35,921 bases of DNA from an uncultured Muribaculaceae bacterium (GCA_964369555.1 CAYJEP010000001.1:18034-53954); one strand, 5' to 3'; positions 1-7,918 are shown, counted from the first letter of the stretch. Numbers and translations are program-made. Notes: generated by a model from the letters alone, not told the origin.

Positions 1-66
1 TGGATTTGTTGCTTCTGGATTTGTTGCTTCTGGATTTGTTGCTTCTGGATTTGTTGCTTCTGGATT
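1..66. repeat. Perfect 15-bp tandem repeat (tggatttgttgcttc x4 plus a partial fifth copy), continuing past the left window edge; coding on the minus strand (GAA GCA ACA AAT CCA = EATNP)
   Basis: Direct reading: units at 1-15, 16-30, 31-45 and 46-60 are identical. 61-66 repeats the first 6 nt, then diverges. The unit is in frame with the minus-strand ORF 1..1869. Confidence 0.95.
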
Positions 67-1869
67 GTGATTACTCACATTCCCTAATTCATTATTTTCC
101 CAATCTGTTTCTTCTTCAAAAACCAAGTTGTCCTCAACTGTGCTACTAGAATTATATTGTTCTTCTTTTCCACTTGAAATACTACTATTGAATTCTTTTC
201 CAAATTCAGTATTTTTAAACTGATCTCTAGTAACTACACGCGGAAACACTGCAGCCCCAGCAACAGTTAACAGTACAGCTCCAGCAAGAAACTTTTCATG
301 ATTCTTAGCAAAAAATTCCTTTATTTCACTCAAACTCCCCAATAGTAATTTATCACGTTTTGATTCATCAGCGTTTTTTTCTTTAATTATTTTTATTAGT
401 GAACGTTTTTGAGCTTCTTCTATTTGTTGTCTTAAAAGCATTGCTGTTTTAAAATTATTATTTATTTCAATTTGTTTTAGTTCTTCTTTAGTTTTAGCTT
501 TTATTGGAACAGGTATATCTCTTTCTTTTTCAGAAGTATTTATTTTTTGCTTTGTTGTGCTTATAACCGTTTTTAACTCTTCACTAAGATTATAACTCAG
601 AACTAATTTATGATAATTTAAATAGTCTAGTTTTTTACTAAGATCTGCTTTAATTAACTCTAATTCCATTTTTTTAACAAATTTAATTGCATTTAAACTG
701 TTATTTAGTTCTTCCCTTTCAGCTTTTACTTTTGCTTTTGTAGGTTTTAACTTCGAAGTCAGTTTAGAAAACATAGTTTGTTTACTTTTTGGAGTATTAA
801 TCAATGTAGCAAAACGTATTTTAGCCATATTAATTTTTACAATATCTTCATCTGTTAATTGGCCTTTGTAAGTTTCCCCGACATCATCAAGCCAACTAAT
901 TATTTGTTCCCCTGATTTTTCTATATCTTCATTACTTTCAATATTAGTTTTTAATCTTTTTTCTAATATTTTCATAGTATTATTTAATTGAGTGTTATTG
1001 ATGTCCTCTTGTGCTGCATATTCTTCGATTTTAGCATAAAATTCATCTACTACCGAATTATCAGTTACAACATCAAATTTCAAAAGTACAGATGCTGTAT
1101 CAATTTTAGATGTAAGTGATGCAATGCTAGAACTTAACTCTTTATCTATTTCTACTTTTTCTTCATCAGATAATCCTTCTATTTTCAATTGATCAGAAAT
1201 TATCTGATTAGCATTCTTAGAAAATTCAATTTCTGAAATCTCACCTTTTGCTAATTTTTGTTGTTGATTTTTAAGTAGCTCACTGAAATCATTATAATTT
1301 ATATTTTTAAAGTAAAGATCTGTAATCAATTTTTCTGTTTCTGGTTTTGGAGCTAACGATTTACTTTTTTCGTCTGAATAATCAGATAAAATTTCAGTAA
1401 GTTGATTTGCAACATTATCTAAGTCATTCATTCCTTTATTTTCAGCTGCCACATTTTGATTTAATTCATTTAATTTTTTTTGATTCTCAGTTATTTGTTT
1501 ATCAATTTCATCTATTCCAGTAGTGAATGATTCTATTAACGGTTGCATTTTACTTATCATTTCACTGTTTTTTTCTGATTCTTTGCTTAAATCACTCATT
1601 ATTTTTAAAAATGCTGCCAATTTAGCTTTAAAACCATCATTTGATGCTGTTAATCTATTTATATTTTCAGTTAAATTATTTTTTTCAGTTTCTTTAATAA
1701 TTTCACTATTGCTAATCGATAGTATACTCTTACGTTTTCCAGTATTCTTTGGTTTATTTATCTTGATAGGTGTTAAGACTACTTTTCTAGTTTTAGCGGT
1801 CATATCATCTATTGGTACAGTATTTAATAATTCAGTTACAACTTGCGGCGTTATTTCATTATTATTCAT
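1..1869 (-). CDS. Coiled-coil, single-pass membrane protein with a C-terminal (PEATN)n repeat tail; 3' end runs off the window (at least 623 codons)
   Basis: Manual triplet check of the minus strand: ATG at 1869, SD-like AGAGGAAAA upstream, in-frame TAG at 1876-1878, and no in-frame stop down to base 1. It is absent from the ORF track because it is edge-truncated. The protein has a long K/E/L/N/I-rich heptad-like region and one hydrophobic span FLAGAVLLTVAGAAVF (about 245-292). An S/E/N-rich tail follows, ending in PEATN repeats. No family recognised. Confidence 0.7.
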   Translation of the reverse strand, partial: MNNNEITPQVVTELLNTVPIDDMTAKTRKVVLTPIKINKPKNTGKRKSILSISNSEIIKETEKNNLTENINRLTASNDGFKAKLAAFLKIMSDLSKESEKNSEMISKMQPLIESFTTGIDEIDKQITENQKKLNELNQNVAAENKGMNDLDNVANQLTEILSDYSDEKSKSLAPKPETEKLITDLYFKNINYNDFSELLKNQQQKLAKGEISEIEFSKNANQIISDQLKIEGLSDEEKVEIDKELSSSIASLTSKIDTASVLLKFDVVTDNSVVDEFYAKIEEYAAQEDINNTQLNNTMKILEKRLKTNIESNEDIEKSGEQIISWLDDVGETYKGQLTDEDIVKINMAKIRFATLINTPKSKQTMFSKLTSKLKPTKAKVKAEREELNNSLNAIKFVKKMELELIKADLSKKLDYLNYHKLVLSYNLSEELKTVISTTKQKINTSEKERDIPVPIKAKTKEELKQIEINNNFKTAMLLRQQIEEAQKRSLIKIIKEKNADESKRDKLLLGSLSEIKEFFAKNHEKFLAGAVLLTVAGAAVFPRVVTRDQFKNTEFGKEFNSSISSGKEEQYNSSSTVEDNLVFEEETDWENNELGNVSNHNPEATNPEATNPEATNPEATNP

Positions 1870-1875
1870 TTTCCT

Positions 1876-3231
1876 CTACTCCTTTACGTTTCTATATTGC
1901 ATTTTATATTCATATTTTATTTTTTCTACATCTAGTATATCGCTTAAACTTCTCACATCATATTTAAGCTCATGAAAAGCTTCAAACAATTCTTCCTCTG
2001 TTACATATCCAGGTGTGATGGTTACCCATTCAGAGAATGTTGGATTGTCTGTATTTTCTTCTATACGATAGTATTTGTATACAGTACTTTTTGTTACTTC
2101 ATCTTTTAAAGCACCTGAAACAGGTTGTTCCGTATAATAGGTGTTTTCATTAGATGATGTTGTGGATTTACTAGGATAATAACTCTTATAAGTTTCTTTA
2201 TTGTACCATTGCCAAGTTTTATCAGTATAATTATAACCTTTTTTATTTTCACAAGTTATTTCTTGAAAACCAATGTCAGTTGGACAAGCACTTGTACTCC
2301 AATCAGTATACTCTTGACAAACTGTTCCCTCTGGAACTCCACCAGAATCTATACTATTACATACATGAATCACACCTCTGTAAATATAAAAATCATCTGT
2401 TCTATCATAACATGGAACTTCGCTTACAATTACTTCTACAACACCAGTTGCACCACAAGCGTATGCTTTTTTAGCTGTAGTTTGATATCTATACATATTA
2501 ACTTCTTCAATTGTTCTATAACTAGCTGATGCTGGTTTAGTTTCTGAAAAATTAGTTACTGAAGATTGACTTCCTTGATATGCATACCCAGCCGGTTGTA
2601 CTGAAACATATTGACCATTATTATAATAAACATTTTTTGTTTCATTTGTATACCACTTATAACCAGTTGATTCATCTTCCGTATAAGTATATCCTTCTTC
2701 AGGCGATGAAACATAATACTCATCTACTTCATTTATATCAGTTTCATCAGCTGGATAATAATACTTAGTCCCTTCGTTTAATTCAAAACCTTGGAATAAA
2801 AATCTAACATCTGATTCGCCTTCTATTAAATCATCCCCATCAGTCCATTCATCAAATTCTGTTGTTTCATCTTCACAAGATAAAATAGGTGTATAGTGAT
2901 AACTTCCATTGTCTAAATAACACACTTTTACCAACGTATCTTCATCACACGAACTATAAGCTGATTCTAATAATAAACCTTCTTCAACCAATTCGTTAGC
3001 AGTTACACTAACACATTCTCCAACATTTTCTGGTAATCTAGATGTATCTTCTGCATAATACTCCTTACCAGCTTCTAGCAAATCATCCTTTAAAGAACCA
3101 TTACCACAAAATCTTAGCAATAGTAAAATTACTACCACTATAACCACAATAAAAATCACACTTAAAAATAATTTTAACCATGGAAACTCTTTTTTTTCTA
3201 CTTCATATTCATAATCATCATAATTATCCAT
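1876..3231 (-). CDS. Hypothetical single-pass membrane protein with a Cys/Tyr-rich ectodomain (451 aa)
   Basis: ORF track; SD AGAGGTGG 5 nt before the ATG. An acidic N-terminus (MDNYDDYEYE) is followed by the TM segment LFLSVIFIVVIVVVILLLL. The roughly 400-aa region after it has 10 Cys and is very Tyr/Thr/Glu-rich. Its stop TAG is 6 nt from the start of the next gene. Confidence 0.75.
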   Translation of the reverse strand: MDNYDDYEYEVEKKEFPWLKLFLSVIFIVVIVVVILLLLRFCGNGSLKDDLLEAGKEYYAEDTSRLPENVGECVSVTANELVEEGLLLESAYSSCDEDTLVKVCYLDNGSYHYTPILSCEDETTEFDEWTDGDDLIEGESDVRFLFQGFELNEGTKYYYPADETDINEVDEYYVSSPEEGYTYTEDESTGYKWYTNETKNVYYNNGQYVSVQPAGYAYQGSQSSVTNFSETKPASASYRTIEEVNMYRYQTTAKKAYACGATGVVEVIVSEVPCYDRTDDFYIYRGVIHVCNSIDSGGVPEGTVCQEYTDWSTSACPTDIGFQEITCENKKGYNYTDKTWQWYNKETYKSYYPSKSTTSSNENTYYTEQPVSGALKDEVTKSTVYKYYRIEENTDNPTFSEWVTITPGYVTEEELFEAFHELKYDVRSLSDILDVEKIKYEYKMQYRNVKE

Positions 3232-3248
3232 AATCCACCTCTTTTATT

Positions 3249-3277
3249 ATAATATCATTTTTTGAGCTAATTTACAA
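3249..3277 (-). promoter_or_regulatory. Possible sigma-A-type promoter for the 451-aa gene (TTGTAA-17 nt-TGaTATTAT)
   Basis: Minus-strand reading: -35 TTGTAA (3277-3272), 17-nt spacer, TG-extended -10 TATTAT (3254-3249). The leader would be very short because the SD starts about 8 nt after the -10. AT-rich DNA gives many -10 look-alikes. Confidence 0.35.
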
Positions 3278-3289
3278 TATTTCCCAACT

Positions 3290-3315
3290 AAAAAACAGTA
3301 CATTTTATATACTGT
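3290..3315 (-). terminator. Rho-independent terminator after the HtrA-like gene
   Basis: Minus strand reads ACAGTA-(9-nt loop containing the TAA stop)-TACTGT followed by TTTTT. The first arm lies in the last codons of the CDS. Confidence 0.55.
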
Positions 3316-4378
3316 CTTCTAATATAACTTCAATATTAATGATTTTCCCATCGCGCTCTACTTCAAAAGTAATCTTATCGCCTATTTGATACTGGTATAA
3401 TTTATATTTTAAATGAGTTCCATCTACAATTTCAACACCATCTATTTTTAATATAACATCCTTATATTGTAATCCATAAGTTTCTGCTACAGAGCCTCTT
3501 TCTACACTAACAACCACAACTCCATTACTATAAATTTTATCTAATACAATTTTATTATAGTTAAGAGCATAATCATCGTTCGCATCAACGAAACTCACTC
3601 CTAGATAAGGTCTTTCTATAGCTTCACCTTCTTCTAATCTATCTATCACTGAAGTAGCCATTTCAATTGGAATAGCAAACCCCATACCTTCAATATCATC
3701 TTCTACAAGTTTTAAAGTATTAATACCAATTACTTCACCATTAATATTAACTAATGGCCCACCACTATTACCAGGATTTATAGCAGTATTAGTTTGTAAA
3801 ACATCCATTAAAAACGAACCACCATCACTAGATTCAACTTCAACTTGTCTATCTAAACCAGATATAATTCCTTTAGTAACAGTACCTCTATACTCTAAAG
3901 AAATTGGAGTTCCAACTGCAAATACAGTATCACCTATCTCAACTGCTGTACTATCGCCAAAACTAACCAATAATGGAACATATTCGCGACTAACCCTTAA
4001 AACAGCTAAATCTATCATTTCATCACTACCCATTAATGTAGCCTCAAATTTCTCACCATCATTATTTGAAACTTCTATTTTTCTTGAATCTTCAATAACA
4101 TGGTGGTTAGTAAGTAAATATGCATAATCATCATCGTATTTATAAGCAAATGCTGTTCCGATACTATCATAATTATAACCACTTGATTCAACTGTAAATA
4201 CAGCATCATAAACTTTATCAATTGATTCTGAGATAGTCTCATTTTCAGTTATATTAACATTGGTATTAACAGTTTCAGTTTCTTCTTCATTTATAACCTC
4301 ATAAAAATAAATAGTTCCATTTATCCCTACAAACAAACTAATTATTGTTACTAATATATGCGAAATTATATTTTTCAT
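3305..4378 (-). CDS. htrA: S1C (HtrA/DegP-like) serine protease with N-terminal TM anchor and C-terminal PDZ domain
   Basis: Catalytic triad contexts TNHHVI (His), DLAVLRV (Asp) and GNSGGPLVN (Ser). The C-terminal roughly 90 aa are PDZ-like, and an N-terminal hydrophobic anchor is present. I place the start at ATG 4378 (AAAGGAG SD 10 nt upstream) rather than the ORF-track GTG 4387, which sits 1 nt after the SD. Confidence 0.85.
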   Translation of the reverse strand: MKNIISHILVTIISLFVGINGTIYFYEVINEEETETVNTNVNITENETISESIDKVYDAVFTVESSGYNYDSIGTAFAYKYDDDYAYLLTNHHVIEDSRKIEVSNNDGEKFEATLMGSDEMIDLAVLRVSREYVPLLVSFGDSTAVEIGDTVFAVGTPISLEYRGTVTKGIISGLDRQVEVESSDGGSFLMDVLQTNTAINPGNSGGPLVNINGEVIGINTLKLVEDDIEGMGFAIPIEMATSVIDRLEEGEAIERPYLGVSFVDANDDYALNYNKIVLDKIYSNGVVVVSVERGSVAETYGLQYKDVILKIDGVEIVDGTHLKYKLYQYQIGDKITFEVERDGKIINIEVILEDSI

Positions 4379-5312
4379 CTTTATCACTCTCCTTTAACTC
4401 TCTAAAATTAGATGGTAAACCTAATTTCATTAAAATATCCTCAGTACTAACACTACTAATTTTATTTTCTAAATATTCTATTTCATACGAAAATTCGTTT
4501 AATAACTCTGTAAACAATCTATCCCACAACATAGACTTAAAAATAATCATAATAGCAAATATATCATTCTTGCCATATGAATATTCATCATTAACTCTCA
4601 TGATATCTAATCTTTTATGAGTTTCATTATCAGGAATTGACCTTTGAGTTCTATGATCATATAAAATATCTTCATGCGCACATAAATTTCTATAGTTAGA
4701 TAATATTTCTAAATAAATATCTAACTCCTCAGGTGTTAATTTATAAATATCTGCTATATTAATTTGATCTTCTATCTTTAAAATGGAATAAAGTTCTGAA
4801 ATTATTCCAAAAGATAAAACCTTTATAGAAACCCATAATGGAATATAACCATAACGCATAACATAATGCTTAGTCGCTCTGTGTTGTTTTGAATTTAAAC
4901 GAATTTGCCTCTTCATTTTATTAATAACATCACTAACATGATTTATTTTAAAAGATTCATTTCTAAAATTTTTAAAATTCAAATATTCTTTTTCTTTATA
5001 ACCATATTTTTTAGACAAGAAATAACTTATAACTGATTTCATGTTATTTTCTATTATTAAAATATACTTAAACATAATATTTCTTATTTTTCTATCAAAC
5101 CAAAAAATAGCATACAACTCACCAAAAGTCGCACCTTCAACAAATTTCTCATCACTACTGTTTTTCATCAGTAAATGCCTATAACCATTAACAAAAAAAT
5201 AATTCTCTTTTAATAAAATTTCTCTAGCCCAATCTTTATCATTGATAACTAGACCCCTAGCCTCTAAAATTGCAATTTGTTCATCAAGATTTTTAAACGT
5301 TTTATTTTTCAT
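4338..5312 (-). CDS. Abi_2 family (AbiD/AbiF-like) abortive-infection protein
   Basis: The N-terminal signature LDEQIAILEARGLVINDKDWAREILLKENYFFVNGYRHLL matches my recollection of the Abi_2 pattern (QI..L..RGL.I.D......L....YY...GY). Size is 324 aa; SD GGTGAG. The 3' end overlaps the htrA-like start by 41 nt. Confidence 0.7.
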   Translation of the reverse strand: MKNKTFKNLDEQIAILEARGLVINDKDWAREILLKENYFFVNGYRHLLMKNSSDEKFVEGATFGELYAIFWFDRKIRNIMFKYILIIENNMKSVISYFLSKKYGYKEKEYLNFKNFRNESFKINHVSDVINKMKRQIRLNSKQHRATKHYVMRYGYIPLWVSIKVLSFGIISELYSILKIEDQINIADIYKLTPEELDIYLEILSNYRNLCAHEDILYDHRTQRSIPDNETHKRLDIMRVNDEYSYGKNDIFAIMIIFKSMLWDRLFTELLNEFSYEIEYLENKISSVSTEDILMKLGLPSNFRELKESDKDEKYNFAYISNNN

Positions 5313-5383
5313 AACTCACCATGATAATTATATCATAACTTTCATTAAAAATATATGAAGAAAATATGATATTTTTGTGTAAC

Positions 5384-5403
5384 AAAAAACCACATTACTG
5401 TGG
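5384..5403 (-). terminator. Rho-independent terminator ending the Tad-like operon
   Basis: Minus strand reads TAA-G-CCACA-GTAA-TGTGG-TTTTTT immediately after the stop of the 173-aa gene. Confidence 0.6.
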
Positions 5404-5404
5404 C

Positions 5405-5926
5405 TTAAGTACAAGTGTTATCCGTTGTAAACTTGTATATACGATTAGTTTTAGTAAAAACAGGAAAATCTACTAGCTCTATTAATGGCAAATTTATATT
5501 CATATAAGTTAAGACCCCAAATTGATAATATTTAGTACAAACAGGCTGTCCTTCTGTATCAGTTTTCTCAATGGCATCTTGATCTAAATAAATACAATAT
5601 CTATGCGAACGTTCAATTTCAAGTTCTACTAAAGGCATTCCATCATAATGACTTGGACACTTTTCATTTTCGGTTGCACCACGATATCCAATACTTGTTA
5701 AATAAACTTGTATTTCTTCGTATGAACTATCCAAAATATTACCATTTGAACCTTTAGTATCATCCTTATAATTAAAACCTTCATATTTTTCAATAGAATA
5801 AACAATCCTATTATTTACCTTAAAAGCTTTATAATAACTTATGGTAGCCGCCAAAAAGGCAAAAACTATAAATATGAATAAAATAATAAAATTAAACATA
5901 AATGTATGCCCTATTGGTGATTTCAT
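5405..5926 (-). CDS. Hypothetical N-terminally anchored secreted protein, last gene of the Tad-like operon (TadE/pseudopilin-like by position and architecture only)
   Basis: ORF track; SD AGGAGAGG. The N-terminus MKSPIGHTFMFNFIILFIFIVFAFLAATISYY is a short polar leader followed by a hydrophobic helix. The ectodomain has 4 Cys. No family motif recognised. Confidence 0.65.
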   Translation of the reverse strand: MKSPIGHTFMFNFIILFIFIVFAFLAATISYYKAFKVNNRIVYSIEKYEGFNYKDDTKGSNGNILDSSYEEIQVYLTSIGYRGATENEKCPSHYDGMPLVELEIERSHRYCIYLDQDAIEKTDTEGQPVCTKYYQFGVLTYMNINLPLIELVDFPVFTKTNRIYKFTTDNTCT

Positions 5927-5949
5927 TAGTTACCTCTCCTATTCAAAAA

Positions 5950-6171
5950 TTAAGACCATTCCCCATCTTTGTAAGTGCTGTAAGTAGTATTATCATTAAC
6001 TATACATGAGTTTTTATCATCTGACAAATATCCACCTAAACTACCACACGCACCTTCTTTTTGAACATTTTCCATTGCTCCAGTTACTAAAGGTATAGCA
6101 ATAGCCGCAATTACCCCGATTAAGATAATTGTGATTACTGTCATATTTGCTTCTCCAGCTGCTTCTTTCAT
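5950..6171 (-). CDS. Flp-like small pilin candidate (73 aa), non-canonical
   Basis: Strong SD GAAGGAGG. The N-terminus MKEAAGEANMTVITIILIGVIAAIAIPLVTGA is a short charged leader ending in Gly, then a roughly 25-aa hydrophobic helix. A short C-terminal part has 2 Cys. The gene sits directly after the tadC-like gene and has its own promoter. Confidence 0.6.
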   Translation of the reverse strand: MKEAAGEANMTVITIILIGVIAAIAIPLVTGAMENVQKEGACGSLGGYLSDDKNSCIVNDNTTYSTYKDGEWS

Positions 6172-6200
6172 TTTACATTCCTCCTTCTATTTTCAATATT

Positions 6201-6230
6201 AGTATAACACATTTGAAATATTCTAGTCAA
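6201..6230 (-). promoter_or_regulatory. Internal sigma-A-type promoter in front of the pilin gene (TTGACT-18 nt-TGtTATACT)
   Basis: Minus strand: -35 TTGACT (6230-6225), 18-nt spacer, TG-extended -10 TATACT (6206-6201), about 30 nt upstream of the pilin ATG. Confidence 0.5.
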
Positions 6231-6233
6231 CTT

Positions 6234-7016
6234 TTAATAATTCATCATCATCATCATTGAGAATAACATAATCATCATTACTCCCCCACCAGTGGCAAAT
6301 AACATAATCATTGTCTTTCTTTCCATAGTTTCTAAACGCTCTGTATACTTTTGTTCTCTTGCTTTATTTTGTAAATTTGATACAGTTCTTGAAAACATCA
6401 ATAACTGCTCTTGTTTTTTTTCTTGGCTACCCAAACTTAGACGATATAATAATCTCATCATACGCATAGAATCTCTAACAGGATAAGTTCTTGCAAATTC
6501 CATATAAGGATCAACAGTCATATCCCCAGCTTCAATTCTAGCAACTAAAGCTCTTAAACCTGATTGAAATACATCAGGAGCATCCTCAATTGATCTAGAT
6601 AAAGCAACAGGGACTGTATAATGTTGTACTAAAATCTCTAAACTCTTTAAATAATAAGGTAGTAATAAATTAATTCTGTGCATATTCCTTTTATAATAAG
6701 ATCTTAAATTAGAATAACCTTGTTTAAATAAGAAAAATCCTACAATTATAGATAATAAGAAATACATGAATTGCATATCAGATATGAAAAAAATAAATAC
6801 CGCTACCATACCAATAAGTCCATCACGAACCCTCTTACCATACATTTTTTGAACATCTATATCCTCACCATAGCGAAGTTTTAATAAAAATTCATAGTCT
6901 TTTTCTTTAAGAAATCCAAACACAGGTTGAACATCTTTTATAAATTTTGACGGTTCGAAAAGCTTATTGTATATAACTAAAAATATAAGGATTGCTGCTA
7001 CTATAAAAAATACCAT
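6234..7016 (-). CDS. TadC-like (T2SS-F family) inner-membrane platform protein
   Basis: Topology is an N-terminal TM, a TM pair, a helical cytoplasmic domain and a C-terminal TM. The segment LRALVARIEAGDMTVDPYMEFA resembles the T2SS-F repeat. The start overlaps the upstream stop (TAATG). Assignment rests on position and topology; no HMM was run. Confidence 0.65.
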   Translation of the reverse strand: MVFFIVAAILIFLVIYNKLFEPSKFIKDVQPVFGFLKEKDYEFLLKLRYGEDIDVQKMYGKRVRDGLIGMVAVFIFFISDMQFMYFLLSIIVGFFLFKQGYSNLRSYYKRNMHRINLLLPYYLKSLEILVQHYTVPVALSRSIEDAPDVFQSGLRALVARIEAGDMTVDPYMEFARTYPVRDSMRMMRLLYRLSLGSQEKKQEQLLMFSRTVSNLQNKAREQKYTERLETMERKTMIMLFATGGGVMMIMLFSMMMMMNY

Positions 7017-7918
7017 TATTCCGCCCCCACATTCTCATTATAAAATTTCTCACCGTTTAATATAAAGTATGTATTCATTATAACTATACCGTGTAACATA
7101 AGTTGAATATACCATAATTTCAACATTTCTAAATACGTTTCAGTACCTAATAAAAACTGAACTAACATAATCATAAAATATAGTATTAAACCAAATTGAA
7201 TGAATTTTCTATGAAACACAGCTCTATCCATTCTATCTCGGTAAACACCCTCAACTAACATATCGATATCAAGAGACATATTTTCTAAAGAACCTGATGC
7301 ATCTCTCGCACCCTCATTAGTTATTTGTAAAAATATTTGATGCATATTTTTAACAATATAATAATCATATTTTTCGTTCATAAAAGTGATAGCCTCATTG
7401 ATTGTCCCATTTTTATAAGACATATCAATCATTGTTTTAATATCACTTAATAATGGTTCCTCTAATACTCCAGATTCATAAACACCCTCTAAAGACTTAA
7501 CAAAAGCTTGAGTAGTAGCAAATTCCATTATTGTATTTGTAGTATACACTTGAATTTGTTCAAATATAAATTCACTGTATAATCTTTTACATCTCAAATA
7601 AGATAAATACGGAATAATAGACACTGCTAATAATCCATACACAATACTCCAAACAATACTATAAAAATATAAATACGAAACTATAGCAGCGCCTAATGAA
7701 AACGCTAATATTTGAATCCCATATTGCCTAGGAGTGTACTCTTGACCCAACTCTTTTACTTTTTCTCTAACAACTTTAAAAGAGAACGGTGCATACTTTT
7801 CATATATCATTGCTGACTGAGAAGTAATATATTTATATACATTATCGCCTTTATAATTTCTATAAACAATTATAAATAATAAAATTACTGTGACTATTAT
7901 AAATATAAATGTTGTCAT
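7016..7918 (-). CDS. TadB-like (T2SS-F family) inner-membrane platform protein
   Basis: Same architecture as the TadC-like protein. The segment KNGTINEAITFMNEKY resembles the G.s..eAl motif. SD AGGAGGG; immediately downstream of the ATPase gene. Confidence 0.65.
   Translation of the reverse strand: MTTFIFIIVTVILLFIIVYRNYKGDNVYKYITSQSAMIYEKYAPFSFKVVREKVKELGQEYTPRQYGIQILAFSLGAAIVSYLYFYSIVWSIVYGLLAVSIIPYLSYLRCKRLYSEFIFEQIQVYTTNTIMEFATTQAFVKSLEGVYESGVLEEPLLSDIKTMIDMSYKNGTINEAITFMNEKYDYYIVKNMHQIFLQITNEGARDASGSLENMSLDIDMLVEGVYRDRMDRAVFHRKFIQFGLILYFMIMLVQFLLGTETYLEMLKLWYIQLMLHGIVIMNTYFILNGEKFYNENVGAE

Noticed and set aside
1-66. The 15-bp tandem repeat as a CRISPR array, satellite or regulatory repeat
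   Set aside because: There are no spacers and the units are directly abutting. The unit length is a multiple of 3 and in frame with a long open ORF (PEATN). It is a coding repeat.
1523-1975. Plus-strand ORF (150 aa), plus similar plus-strand ORFs at 2209-2529, 2280-2474, 2580-2768, 4345-4620, 6292-6486, 8501-8740, 9004-9375, 13181-13522, 15401-15583, 21219-21620, 21885-22097, 22182-22418, 24138-24395, 24420-24665, 24889-25131, 26604-26798, 27039-27221, 27887-28099, 29559-29888, 30710-31000, 31671-31997, 33392-33607, 34683-34895, 35047-35268 and 15984-16169
   Set aside because: All lie antisense to (or span) well-supported minus-strand genes. They have low-complexity S/L/I/F-rich translations typical of shadow frames in AT-rich DNA and lack Shine-Dalgarno sequences.
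3190-3197. A8/T8 homopolymer in the 5' coding region of the 451-aa surface protein as a phase-variation switch (similar tracts occur at 18471-18478, 12543-12551 and 25730-25739)
   Set aside because: Runs of 8-10 A/T are common throughout this AT-rich window, including in housekeeping contexts. There is nothing to distinguish this tract, and no population data are available.
5327-5335. TGATATAAT extended -10 as the promoter of the Abi_2 gene
   Set aside because: It ends only 6 nt before the GGTGAG SD, so the predicted transcript would start within or at the SD. It is kept as a remark in the finding, not as a feature.
6241-6262. ATC/ATG-rich run encoding a poly-Met C-terminus (FSMMMMMNY) of the TadC-like protein
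   Set aside because: This is a short compositional oddity inside a TM or terminal segment. There is no repeat instability signature beyond 5 codons and no functional inference possible.
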